Positions 1-47,300 of a stretch of 64,000 bases of DNA are shown piece after piece. Origin of the DNA: Hormiphora californensis (Eukaryota; Animalia; Ctenophora); assembly GCA_020137815.1 (NCBI GenBank), contig CM035360.1:2976001-3040000 (forward strand), given 5' to 3'. The translations under genes were made by a program, and so were the position numbers. The notes beneath the pieces were generated by a model. It did not search any database, was not told the DNA's origin, and was given only the letters and a program-made list of their open reading frames with translations. Within the stretch, counting starts at the first letter, position 1, and each line of letters opens with the position of its first letter.

Positions 1-567
1 GGGGAAAGGAAATGAGGAGTAAAACTAAAGTAGACATTATTATACAATCAATAATAATAAACCCGGGTTTATATATAATCGCTGATACCCTTTACATGAC
101 CAATGAAGCACCTCAAGCACTCGGAAGTCGTTTGGATCAGTCCTATGGGGAGTCGGAGAAGTATGATATGCAGAGACGGGTTGGGAAGATTTTCCAATAG
201 AGAGTGACGATAAAAAATCGTCATTAGCAACATACTACAAAGGTCAGAACAAAAAGTGCCTGACAAGATATTTTGTGTGATGCAAGCTGTTCACCCTGTT
301 CTTGTGGTCATTAGGAAAAGGGCGCTAGGCCATGGAAGTCTTTTTGGCCTTCCCGCGGCTCCAGTCTGGTCGGGATGCTGATTCTCACGCCGGACCGGCG
401 AAACTTCAGTCATATCAGTTGAATATATTCGATTAAATTATTGTCGGGCCTTGGATTAATGCATAATTTAATTTGCAAAGGAGTGGCAGCAATGAGGCCA
501 GCGACTGGAATTATATTTTTTGGAGCTTTCGCTAGATTTTTTAACATAAATGTGACTACAGCTATAA

Positions 568-655
568 CAGTCGGACCCCAATTTACCGGGATGCTCGCTC
601 TGGGGAAGTTTATCCTCCCGGTAAATCAGATTTCCGGCAATTCGGGGTCCGACTG
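568..655. mobile_element. Short CAGTCGGAC MITE
   Basis: CAGTCGGACCCC..GGGGTCCGACTG termini. Confidence 0.8.
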
Positions 656-1940
656 CAGTACTAGAACAAGAAGAAACGAATAAAATCAACACAAGTTAGA
701 AGTATTAGTTCTGAAAGGAGAGAAGAGGCAGAAAGGATAAACCGGTTTGGTATGGCCCGGTGGCTTATGTCGGTCCGCGTGTTTTCAACTTTTTTTTTGA
801 TAAACTGAAACACGTCTTTCTGCAGAAAGGGGGGCCGGGGGGGGGCGTCACTAATGTTTCTATGTATTATCTTTAAATCTAAACGATACTATAGAAGGAG
901 CCAAACAAGACGGTGGCTTTTAATTCTCTTTTCATCTCTTTAGAAATCATCATAGCTCAATAACGATCGGTCCTAAATGTACACGATGCATGTGATACAC
1001 ATTACATGTGTTGTTTCTCCATTACAGGTGGGGCTATTACGTAGCAATATAACATATTCTGACAAGGATATGATTGAGACATGTGCTATGTTGAACTTTC
1101 TATTCAGTGTATTTGTTCCGTTATTGCCAGGTGAGCTGTATTAGTTTCGGTTTAGTATTATACCATACGTAACGGTAACTAATCAATAACTTGTCAATTT
1201 TGAAGTATGATCTGTACAATGTTTGGTAATCACACTTGTTGGTACGAGATAGACTGGAAAATAGTGACATACATACAGAAGCATTGAGTCCAGTGGCCGC
1301 GGCAGTGACTAGGCCGCATTATCATATTCAGCATGAAACATGTGAAATTTGATGCACATAAATTATGAAGGCCCTCCTCCTCTCTGACCACTCATGTGTC
1401 TCACTGTTGATGGACATTGGACACTGCAGTTGGTACACACTTCTTGTGTTTTCTCATTGCCTTTCTTGCTCTATATCGATCCCTCACAGAGCGTGTATAA
1501 AATAAAATGCGGTGTATAGGCCATGACAGAAGGGTAGAATATCCCTTGTTCAGTGGGCCATATGATATGGGGGAATGGGGGGCCGGGGGAATGGCCTAGA
1601 ATGGTCGAGTAGAACATGCTGACATTTTACTTCCTGCATCCTATTACACACAACCTTTTAGAGTTCTCCCCTGTCTCGCTTTTGCAGGCCCTACCTTTGT
1701 AGTACATTGTACAAAGTACCAAATTGCCGTAACACTGCTGTTTTTTATTAGAGTGCTCACCTTGCTCTACCGAACAACCTCTCTCAGAGCACAGTGTTAT
1801 AGCTACCCTATTCTATCTATTTAGCAGAGAGTGTCTCTCCTTGCAGGGAATCACCCTACCATTTCACTACAATCCTGTTCATCTCATCATGAAATCTCTT
1901 TAGCAGGTCTGACCCTCTTCTATCTTTTATAGTAGCTAGT

Positions 1941-3831
1941 ATGAAAGCTAACTTGAGACTCTTTGCCCTCACCCCCGAATCTACCTTGACACAAAACATC
2001 GCCAAGTACCTTGACGTACCTCTGGGAGGGCTTGCGAGACGGAAACTATCTAATACGGAAACTGTTGTAGAGATACAGGTACATTTTGGGATCTTGGTTA
2101 AATTTTATCGGTACTTTATGTTTAAAAAAGCAAAGCACGGGACACGATTACAAGCAACTATTATATAAAATTGGTGTAGGATAGAAAAGGTCACTTTTAT
2201 AGCATTGATACGAAGAACTAATGAAAGAACTAATTACTGTTGCAGGAGTCGGTGAGAGGAAAGGATGTGTACCTAATTTTTAGCTGTTTTAAAGATTTTA
2301 ACAACTCTATCATGGCAAGTAACCTATTATTTGGGGGGGGGACGTTAATTTTAATTAACATGTCCCCCCCAATTAGTTTTTACAAAATAAATTTATTTGC
2401 ACCTGCCGGGAAATCAAGTACTGTGCTACTGATGTCTAATTATGTCTCAAATATTTATGATTTTCCAAAACTAAGGACTGGTAATTCATTTTAAACGAAA
2501 ACCTTATCTCTACCCCCTCCACCTCTGTCAGAGCCTTGGCCTGACAGCTCCACCTTGAAATTAACCTGAAGCATATACTTTCAGGACCTTTTGATGACAG
2601 TTGAAGCCATGAAGAATGCGTCAGTCACCTCTGTTACTATTGTTATTCCTTCTTTTCCATACGCAAGGTATGTGTTACCATTGTTATTCCTTCTTTTCCC
2701 TACGCAAGGTATGTGTTACCATTGTTATTCCTTCTTTTCCATACGCAAGGTATGTGGTGGTTCAGGATCCACCCCCTCCACTCCTGACTTAGTGTGGTTT
2801 CTACCTTTTACCCTTCTTTGGGGAGGGGAGGAGGGGAGGAGGGGTGGAGGAGAGGAATTTTGGGTCAACATCTAGGGGACAATTCAGAACTTCTATCCTG
2901 AAAGACACCCTTATGGAGGACCTGACAAACACATACTGCTTTTCATTCAATAGACAGCCATTATATATCCGACTGTCGATACCAATCCTTTGCTAAACTA
3001 ATATATAGCCCCGATACCCCAATACTTTGCTATATAACCGTACTCAACAAGCAAGTTCAGCTGACTTTTCAGACAGAAATGAATGGGGGGGATCCCATGG
3101 CATACTTTGGTATACTTTGGTATACTTTGGTATATGGAAAATCCCAAAAAAATATGTGGAAAGTACCAAAGTATACCAAAGTATACCATATCTTTTTAAT
3201 AACTTTAAAGTACTTTAAAGTGTTAATTTACAACAGTTAAGGCTTTAAAACATTTTATATAAACTTTCTTGACTCATAAAATTGGACAATGGTGCTAAAT
3301 AGGCTAAATTCATAGAATCGAGGGAAAATATTACCTATAAAATGGTGAGTCAGAAAACTGGGGTTTGACAAATTGGGACCCATTTGAGTATGATAAAAAA
3401 ACTTTTAAAAAGTCAAGAAAATGTTCAAATAGTATTTGGTAAAGTCTCCAAAAATTTTTCAAAAATTGCCTTCACCGGGAATCGAACCCGAGTGGCAAGC
3501 CTAGAAGCACTAGCCGGATGATGTAACAAAAACGTAAAAATCGGTTTAATAAGCGTTATATTACCAACTTATAAAGAAATAAGGATGTAGTTTTACAAAT
3601 TTAGTCATTTATGTTAACTTATCGCTTAAATTTTACCTTTTTCAAAATTTTTATGGTATACTTTGGTATACCTTGGTATACTTTGGTATACTTTGGTATA
3701 CTTTGGTATATGGAAAATCGCTGAAAAAGTTGTGGAAAGTGCCAAAGTATACCAAAGTATACCATGGGATCCCCCCCAAATGAATATAATGACATTTTAT
3801 ATCCCTAAGCAGGGAAATAAGATGACTCTCT

Positions 3832-3899
<68 letters not shown>

Positions 3900-6800
3900 T
3901 TCTCTCTCTCTCTCTCTCTCTCCCACCAGGTACGACACAGTGACGAGGTTAGACCGATGCCCAATAGCCCGACTAGTTGCAGACATGTTACAAAGTGTTG
4001 ACTGTGACAGAGTTCTTACCATGGACCTTCATACACCCCAGGTTAGTTAATCAGTCTGCCATCTATAAGTTAATCAGTCTAGTTATGGGGCCGGCGTTGG
4101 TTAATCAGTCTGCCGGCTGCCCCCTTGAGCACTGCAAATAAAGCCAAACATAGGTTCCAGGTCCGGGTGATTTACTTTATAGTTTATTATGTTGATTGAT
4201 TTATTTCCAATCTAGGTTCAGGGATATTTTGATGTCCCAGTGGATAACATTATTTCCAATCTAGGTCCAGGGATATTTTGATGTCCCAGTGGATAACATT
4301 ACTGCAGAGCCGGCCTTTACTAGTTGTAACTATGACAACCTATTTCCAATCTAGGTCCAGGGATATTTTGATGTCCCAGTGGATAACATTATTTCCAATC
4401 TAGGTCCAGGGATATTTTGATGTCCCAGTGGATAACATTATTTCCAATCTAGGTCCAGGGATATTTTGATGTCCCAGTGGATAACATTATTTCCAATCTA
4501 GGTCCAGGGATATTTTGATGTCCCAGTGGATAACATTACTGCAGAGCCAGCCTTTAAACAGTGGATACGAGAACTGCATCTGAAGAACGCTGTCCTAGTA
4601 ACACCAAACCCCGATGTAAGTTTAGTAACACCTTGCGGTGAGAGGGGTCAAGGCGAGATGTAAGTTGAGTAACACCTCACTTGCGGTGAGAGGGGTCAAG
4701 GCGAGATGTAAGTTGAGTAACAGAGCAAGTTACTTGCCTTCCCCGCACGGCGAAATGTAAAGGAGGGTTAGAACATAACAGCAACAACTTACAAAAAGTA
4801 CTGGCATTTTTTGTTGAAAAAGCTCCAGAGTGTTTACTTTTTGTAAGTTGGTCGAGTAACCCGTTAATAAAGTGTGTTTATAGCTACTGGCCACCCACAG
4901 AGTTTAAACCACTTAAAGAATATTATAGAATGTATAGAGCTACGCTACAAACTTTTCCATCCCACTTGAACCATTCTCATCCCCCGTACCCTCCAAACGA
5001 ACTATAATCTCATCCTCGAATTGCTAACCCCAACCCCCTACTTCCAGGGAACAAAAAGGGTGGCCCATTTAGCCTCCCAGACGGGTATGAGCATTGCTAT
5101 TGTGCACATCGGGGAAACTGACGGTAGAGCAGCGCCTCCATCCACCGCCAACTCGACAATATCAGAGGAGGTTGAAGGGGGTGAGGGTGAGGAGGGAGAT
5201 GGGGAGGAGGAGGAGGACGGTGATAGCGAACAAGGAGGATTCGGTAAGGGTGGAATTACGCTGGTCGGAAACGTCGAGGTGAGAGCTTTAGTCGACTGGG
5301 GAACACTATTATATATGATAGCATACAGGGTGTCCCATATATTCTCCGGGTCGGTTGGCGAGCTGTCACGCAAAAACGGTGATAGTTGTGTGTATAGACA
5401 TAGTAATAGCATATAGACATTTTAAAACAAGCATATTTCTAGAGGTCATGCCCACATTCAGTTAGGGTGGGATAGTAAGTAATTAAGGGTACACCTGGCG
5501 TTTTTCATCATCGAGTGCCCAACCAAATGACTTCACCAGGGTTTAGGCCATACAAAATGGACCTCAAATATGCAATTTTAGCCCTAAAGTCGAATTCATA
5601 TTTTTGCTACAGCCTATTTTCAAAGTGGCGTTTTTTCAATTTTTGTTGGAATTTTTAACCTCAGGACCACTTTTTTTGAGATAGAAACATTAAATTCTTG
5701 GAATTTGAAGAGAATATAAAGGTGAATAAGCCCAAAGAAGGATTTTTGAAATGGAGCTTATTTCTGGCCATGAGAACGGTTTACTTTTTTGCTTCTTTGA
5801 CAGGCTGGCTGAGAATGTTCCCATGCTTCATTAGAGATGAAAATCTGGAAATAGTTGCTCAAAACGATTATCTATGCGGCCCAAAAATTTTGGAACTTTC
5901 CCGCCAAAGATGCGGTGTACAGAGCTTGTTTTGTGAAACCCGTCTTTTTGAAAAAGAGGGAAATTCCCTGTATCTCAAAAACGGATGATCGTAGAGACCT
6001 GTGACCAAGCTTAATCGATTCAGAAGGTCCGATTTTGGGGGGGTCTTCTGAGAGACATTTTGCTCCTACTCCAACCGTTTTTGCTGTAATTGCGAAAAAG
6101 GTATCAGCAAGTAAGGGGGAAATCAGCCCGAAGCAGGCTACTGGAATAGAGTTGATCCCCCTTTTCATAGAATTGGTTTTTTGCAATTACAGCAAAAACG
6201 GTTGGAGTAGGAGCAAAATGTCTCCCAGAAGACCCCCCCCAAAATCGGACCTTCTGAATCGATTAAGCTTGGTCACAGGTCTCTACGATCATCCGTTTTT
6301 GAGATACAGGGAATTTCCCTCTTTTTCAAAAAGACGGGTTTCACAAAACAAGCTCTGTACACCGCATCTTTGGCGGGAAAGTTCCAAAATTTTTGGGCCG
6401 CATAGATAATCGTTTTGAGCAACTATTTCCAGATTTTCATCTCTAATGAAGCATGGGAACATTCTCAGCCAGCCTGTCAAAGAAGCAAAAAAGTAAACCG
6501 TTCTCATGGCCAGAAATAAGCTCCATTTCAAAAATCCTTCTTTGGGCTTATTCACCTTTATATTCTCTTCAAATTCCAAGAATTTAATGTTTCTATCTCA
6601 AAAAAAGTGGTCCTGAGGTTAAAAATTCCAACAAAAATTGAAAAAACGCCACTTTGAAAATAGGCTGTAGCAAAAATATGAATTCGACTTTAGGGCTAAA
6701 ATTGCATATTTGAGGTCCATTTTGTATGGCCTAAACCCTGGTGAAGTCATTTGGTTGGGCACTCGATGATGAAAAACGCCAGGTGTACCCTTAAGTAAGT

Positions 6801-7844
6801 ACGGAAGTTTGCTTTTTTATATCATACTAAAAAATAAACGATAGAAGTAGAAACAGTCAAGCTAGCCATACGGCCATAATGCAAGATTATAAACTATAAT
6901 GCATTGGTTTTGGTATCCCTAATTTGCGGAGAAATATTCTCAGAAACCCCTCAATTCCACGAACATTAATTATACCCCGATTCAATAACATGTAAGCAAT
7001 TCAATAATATGCAAGCGATCATGCTTTAATATTAATATATGTAATATTTTCCTCTATTCTCTCATGATGCTTGTGCACAATGTGCAAATACTTGGGGAGT
7101 ATGTGCATTGTGCACTGCACATACTCCCCAAGTATTTCACTCTTATCTAAACCAGAACAAGTGTACTTACGTTTGGTAAGTTGGTAGGTAATAAGTCCTC
7201 TTTTTTAGTTTGTTTGGTGAATAAGGACTGTTTCCATACCAGCTTCAATCAGCCATCCTTACAGTAGCTATATAGAGAGTCAGAGGCGTTGTTAGAGACA
7301 CACATGGGAGAGGGTGGGCATGGTTAGAATTTAGAAATCCAGGAATAATGGGGGGGTGGATTTTTGAGAAGATATGGAAATTAAGATAATGACTTTATTC
7401 AGGGTAAAGACTGTATCATCTACGACGATATAGCAGATGCATGCGTATCTCTAGTCAGGGCCGCATCATATCTCAAATCTAAAGGGGCACTTCGAGTTTT
7501 TGTCATGGCAACCCATGGACTTTTTACTGAGGAGGGACTTCAGGTACATGTCTAAAGATTGTTCTCGATACATGACACGTGCTCTCTCTCACTCACTAAC
7601 GTTCCTGTATCTCTCTCTCTCTCTCTTCCCCCCTCTCTCTCTCTCTCTCCCCCACTAACTAACTCTCTTTCAGTTGTGTAATGATAGTGAGATAGACGAG
7701 TTTGTTGTTACGGACACTATCGACCAAACTGAAAACCTTCAATGCTACCCCAAGTTGCGGACTGTCGACGTGGCTATGATATTCTCGGAGGCGATACGTC
7801 GGGTGCACAATAATGAGCCCCTGCTACACTTGTTTGAACTTTGA
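1941..7844 (+). CDS. PRPSAP: PRPP synthetase-associated protein (PRPSAP/PAP39-41-like), 8 exons: 1941-2078, 2246-2314, 2585-2667, 3930-4041, 4502-4615, 5048-5278, 7403-7543, 7674-7844
   Basis: Spliced translation follows the PRPS fold: ETVVEIQ|ESVRGKDVY..NNSIM|DLLMTVEAMKNAS..IPSFPYAR|..LVADML..LTMDLHTPQ|VQGYFDVPVDN..|GTKRV..ITLVGNVE|GKDCIIYDD..THGLF..|..VVTDTI..FSEAIRRVHN. The catalytic HKER loop is replaced by HIGETDGRAAPP plus a long insert, as in PRPSAP. Exon phases are consistent. Confidence 0.88.
2315..2584 (+). other. GC-AG intron (intron 2 of the PRPSAP-like gene)
   Basis: ATG|GCAAGT donor and TTTCAG| acceptor join NNSIM to DLLMTV, matching PRPS NDNLMELLIM. No GT donor gives this junction. 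Confidence 0.85.
2633..2757 (+). repeat. 41-bp x3 tandem repeat spanning the PRPSAP exon 3 donor
   Basis: TGTTATTCCTTCTTTTCCATACGCAAG|GTATGTGTTACCAT repeated. Confidence 0.92.
3085..3777. mobile_element. Non-autonomous DNA element with G-run termini and 8-bp TSD
   Basis: TIR GGGGGGGATCCCATGG..CCATGGGATCCCCCCC, TSD AAATGAAT on both sides, subterminal 10-bp TATACTTTGG arrays. Superfamily unresolved (hAT/Merlin/MULE-like). Confidence 0.85.
4201..4557 (+). repeat. 49-bp x6 tandem repeat spanning the PRPSAP exon 5 acceptor
   Basis: ATTTCCAATCTAG|GTCCAGGGATATTTTGATGTCCCAGTGGATAACATT, with AGs ending at 4215, 4264, 4354, 4403, 4452 and 4501. Confidence 0.93.
5345..5392. mobile_element. Solo terminal fragment of the 23039-24601 family
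   Basis: TACAGGGTGTCCCATATATTCTCCGGGTCGGTTGGCGAGCTGTCACGCAAAAACGGTGATAGTTGTGTG matches the start of the 23039 element. Confidence 0.85.
5487..6790. mobile_element. Foldback element with TTAA TSD and GGG..CCC ends (Kolobok-like), ~610-bp arms
   Basis: TTAA|GGGTACACC..GGTGTACCC|TTAA. Mirror ORFs 5698-5988 and 6289-6579 are identical. Confidence 0.88.
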
Positions 7845-8570
7845 GAGGGAGAGAGAGGGGACTTTTTTGGAATTTTAAGGATTTGAAGTGTTTTAAAAGG
7901 TGTTGTACGGCTTTTTAACCATTTTATACAGATCAATTTTTAAATTTTATTCGGGGTTGAGTACGGTGTTCCCTCTCTTACAGAGATATATTCTGCACAG
8001 GCAATGAGATAAAGGGGAGGGGACACCGTACCCAGAGGTTAGGGGGTCATCGGATCGGGTATGAAAATCAGGGAAAAAGGTCAGATTTAAACTGAGATAA
8101 AGAATAAAACTGAGGAAAACTGATACAACATTATATACCAGTTTACTGGCAGGCAAAACATTCCTTTTGAACCGTCCAAGAAATGGATTCTAATATATTG
8201 CTCTCTAGCTTTCTCATATTTCAAAATCAATAACAATGAACACTACGTGGAAACTACCAAAAACATGTCACCCACTTTCATCTTCTCTCTCGTTTCTCTT
8301 TCATACTATATCACTTCCAGTCATATGGCAATCAGCACTTCGTCCAGTCACACACAGCTCATCTATAATTGAAAAAACAAGCTGCCTCAAAGATCAGTCC
8401 CCCTGGTCTAGTATTATAATACTTGAACTCTTCTCTTCAGACAGGGTCGAGCAAGGGTATACTTCTCCTCACAATCATTGTGTAGATCACACTACATAGA
8501 TCACACTGTAGATCACACTGTAGATCACACTGCAGATCACACATTCCGAAGAGCAACACAAATCCAACCA

Positions 8571-43474
<34,904 letters not shown>

Positions 43475-44372
43475 CCCCTAAATTTTATGTGTTTAGATAA
43501 TCCTGTTGTCTTGACAATTACTTATTCACAAAACTACCTCAACGAAAGATCAAAAAATTGATAATAAATTCGCAGTTCGGAAGGTGCGATTGGAATTCGC
43601 TCGAAGTACGAAGCCAGGTGTGAGAAACGATCAGCGACGAGTGTTGAAAAATGAAAGTTCAGATACTAGAAAGTGAGGGTGTTTATGACAAGAAAAGGCT
43701 TCCAGATTAGCACATGTGCAAGTGGTTCCTTTTGCTAACAACTAGGTACAGGGTTTCCGGTGAGTGGCCGATGGCGGGCGCCGGGCGCCGTTACGATCTG
43801 AGTGTTTTGAGGCCTGTTTACAGGTTCACGCTGCGAAAAAAGTACCCCGGACTAAAATGGCTCCAACTGCCACCACTCAACCGTTTCGGCTAATCCAAAG
43901 TCAGGCCACCAAGCAACGAGGTCGTAACGGCGCCCGAAAATAAAAAGTCCAAAAAAAGTCCAAAGTTTTCAAGACGAATTAAATCACTTAATTCTGATAT
44001 TTTAAGTGCGCGGCGGGATTGTGTGGTAGCGCGTATAAATTTGAAGATTACGTTGCCGCGCGCGGAGAAAATGAGACTGCGCGTTGAATGCGACCCAGCC
44101 AAGTAACTTTGCGGTTTTGTCACAATGATATTTTCAATGTTGGCGCGTGATAAGAACCTTGAACCCTTTTTCACAATGTACAATATTGTACATTGTAAAT
44201 TAAATGTACAATTATACACTGGCATTCGACAAGTGAAATTAGCCAATTAAGTTTTCCATAAGTTGAAAAGAAAGATTTACAAATGCATAAAACCAAAAGT
44301 GTCTGAAATGAACGTACCCCGAGTAATAATTAAAAAACAACTTTCCGGAAGAAGGGGACCACCGACAAACAA

Positions 44373-47300
44373 CTACAACTTCTGTAACATATCATCTACA
44401 CTACTGACATATTGTTTCATATCATGCTGAAGGAATGTCGCTATCACTCCAACAGCAAAAACTGGAAATGTCCCTTTTACGAGCATTGCCGAGATGCCCT
44501 GAACCACGACCCCGAGATTTTCAACTGATGTGAGGAGAACAATCCCTGTTAGAGCGAATGCTAAGTGTACCACTGAAACAAGGGTGAGCTGTTAGCACGG
44601 AGAAGTAACAAAAACGAATTGTAGTTATTTTGTGGGCAAATTTTAGAATTTTAGAAGTTTCCCTCCTCAGTATATTACTAACCTGACACTGCAAGGTCTA
44701 TGTAGCTGGTTATTACTATATTGGAGGTGTCTGTCTCACGACTGAGTATCTCCGTCAATATTAACTTGACATTTTCTTCAGCCACATTGTAGCAAAACAG
44801 TACAAAGGTAAACCCTGAGGGGGTGGGTCAGTTCAAGGGCAGCTGCAATAATAGAATCATTTCAACACTAAAAAGCTAAGAAATCATCACCATACCTTGC
44901 CTGGCTAGACTGTGTTTCGGGCGCCCCGCCTTTACAAATGTAAAGGGAGGGTTAGAACATAGCAAACCATACCTAGGATGGGGTGATATGATTTGTTGAC
45001 GAGGACCATTTGAAGTGTCGATGAGATCCCGTATAGTGAGAACCAGATGAAGGCTAGACTCCTGAACACGCTCCCATCAGTTCGAAATGCTTTCTAAAAG
45101 GGAAGAATTAGTGTTATTTTGCCTAGCTAGACTCTGTTTTGCCTAGCTAGACTCTGTTTCGCGCTTTACAAATGTAAAGGAGGGTTAGAACATAACAAGT
45201 GTTATTACAATGTTACCTACACTAATTTGATGAAAAGGATAAATTTTTCTGTCACGAGAGTGGTGGTAACAAAAACTCCTAAACTTGCAAATCTTACCTT
45301 TGAAATGAGAAACACGGTAGATGATGCAAGTACGATGGTGAGGTAGTAGAGTGAACCAGGCAGTGTTTCATCCTCCAGATGCTCCTTTATAATCCCGATA
45401 AGCCGGGGAAGGTTGAGGTGGGTCTGGAAAACTACCATGGACATTGGACCGTAGACACCAATGAAACTAAATCAGGGAATTGGGAATAGTTATCGCTGAA
45501 TTTGCATTTGATGAGCAATAAAATTAAGTAAATATCGAATTCATTCAGGATATTTTGAGCGAATCGTAGGAGAATCCGATACAAACAATAACCTACCAGA
45601 AACCCAGGGAGATGGGCGTCCTCTTATTCTTGAACATTACAAAGTGGTAATTTGTTTCCGGCCAGGGTATGGACTTTACAAGGTTTGCATAGTAGGATTT
45701 AGTAAGGAGTTCTCTGCGTGGTGTTATGAGAGTTGGCTTGAATGTGTGGTAAACAATGCAGGATACTAGGGCACTGCATCCCAGGATAATTGATATCGAC
45801 CTGATGAGATAATAAAGGGATTTAAACAGTGAGCTGTCAGTGCTGCATGGGGTTGTTGAATGAATTCATTCGCCGTTTTATTGAGTTATCATATAGTAGT
45901 AGTGGAATCTATCATCTAATAACTAAATTTGTATAGTGCAAAATCAGGTGGCCCATGCTGTCTTTATACAGGAACTGACCGAATCAGGAAATACTGGTCC
46001 CTGATTGGCCGATAACCAGTCACGTGACCTAAATAACGAGTTCTGATTGGCTGTTTACTTGTGTCGGTCGGTTCCTGCTTACCTATAAAACTGGTCTCCA
46101 CCAAGTAGTTCAATAACAAACGTTAACCCCGCTGCCAAATAAAACACAACCAGTTTCAGAGATATTTGAGCGGCTAGGTTGGTACATATGTTGGCTGTCA
46201 GCTCCATCAGAAGTATGTCCACTAGACCCTGCACACCTCCCTGGTAGCGGTTAGAGTGAGTTAGTTTTGTTAGATCATAGGATCCTGGTAGGGTTAGAGT
46301 GAGTGAGTTTACAATATGTTTTGTTATAGATCATCATCAAGTTTTCAACTTTAATAACTTGTTCAGTAAAAAACAGTTCAAGTTCTACTATATTGGAGCT
46401 TGAGTTTACAAAATGTTGTAAATTAGGTCATTCACATTCAACAGTAAGAAACAGTTCAAGTGCAACTAAGACGTGACGTACTGACGAGGTGTGTCCTATT
46501 ATATCCTAATGTAACAATGAAGCCAAACAGTACTTTTGTGACAGTTTGTGACAATGGTTGTCACTGTTATAACACATACTTATAGATAAAGACCTGCGTG
46601 GTTGTGTGTTACTTATAGAGATATAAAGGGTGTATTATGGTACACATGCACACACTAGCTGTGAACAAAATTACAGTATGTTACAATAATTACACTTCAA
46701 TCACGATGATTTTCATAACAGCTATCATGTCACATTACAATTATTGATCACCGAGAGTACCACAATAACAGCTCTGCTAATTACACCACCACCACAGCTA
46801 TTTGATGAATGAAAAACAAAGTTACCAATCGGTAATTAATCTACGCAGCTGACCTAGGCCAATACTGTGGACAATATAATCACACACTAGAATAGTCGGG
46901 GAAAATACTTTCACCACATTTATGTTAACATGTTGGTCTACATTTTAGTTCACAGTACATGTTTGGTTTTACAGTCGGACCCCGATTTAGGGACACCCTC
47001 GGGGGAAAGGGTCTTGTCCACTAAATCGGGGTGTCCACTAAATCGGGGTGAGCCATATTTGGCCCATAAAACCTATTTTATGCCCAAAATGCTATATTAT
47101 TAAGACTTAAGACACCTCTAACTGTTATATGCAATAGTCATGTATTGATGACATGATCATTTCTGATTAGAAATAGAAAAATATATTTTTTTTTTCAAAA
47201 AAAATGTGAAAAATTTTCTAAGTTATACCAGCCCGTCCGATTTGTGTTTCGAATCGGTGCAGCTTACTGGATGTCCTGTCTAATTAGCAGGTTCGAAACG

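Noticed and set aside
400-1360. Possible exons of an upstream gene (441-560, 1029-1130, 1279-1352)
   Set aside because: Plausible splice signals but no recognisable homology and no complete model; not supportable.
2953-2996. Alternative PRPSAP exon 4 after TTCAATAG
   Set aside because: Reaches a stop within 15 codons, whereas 3930-4041 matches the family.
5698-6579. Identical 96-aa ORFs on opposite strands (also the pairs at 17397/18460, 23079/24211 and 56056/56350)
   Set aside because: Mirror images produced by inverted-repeat arms, with no transposase or other recognisable motif.
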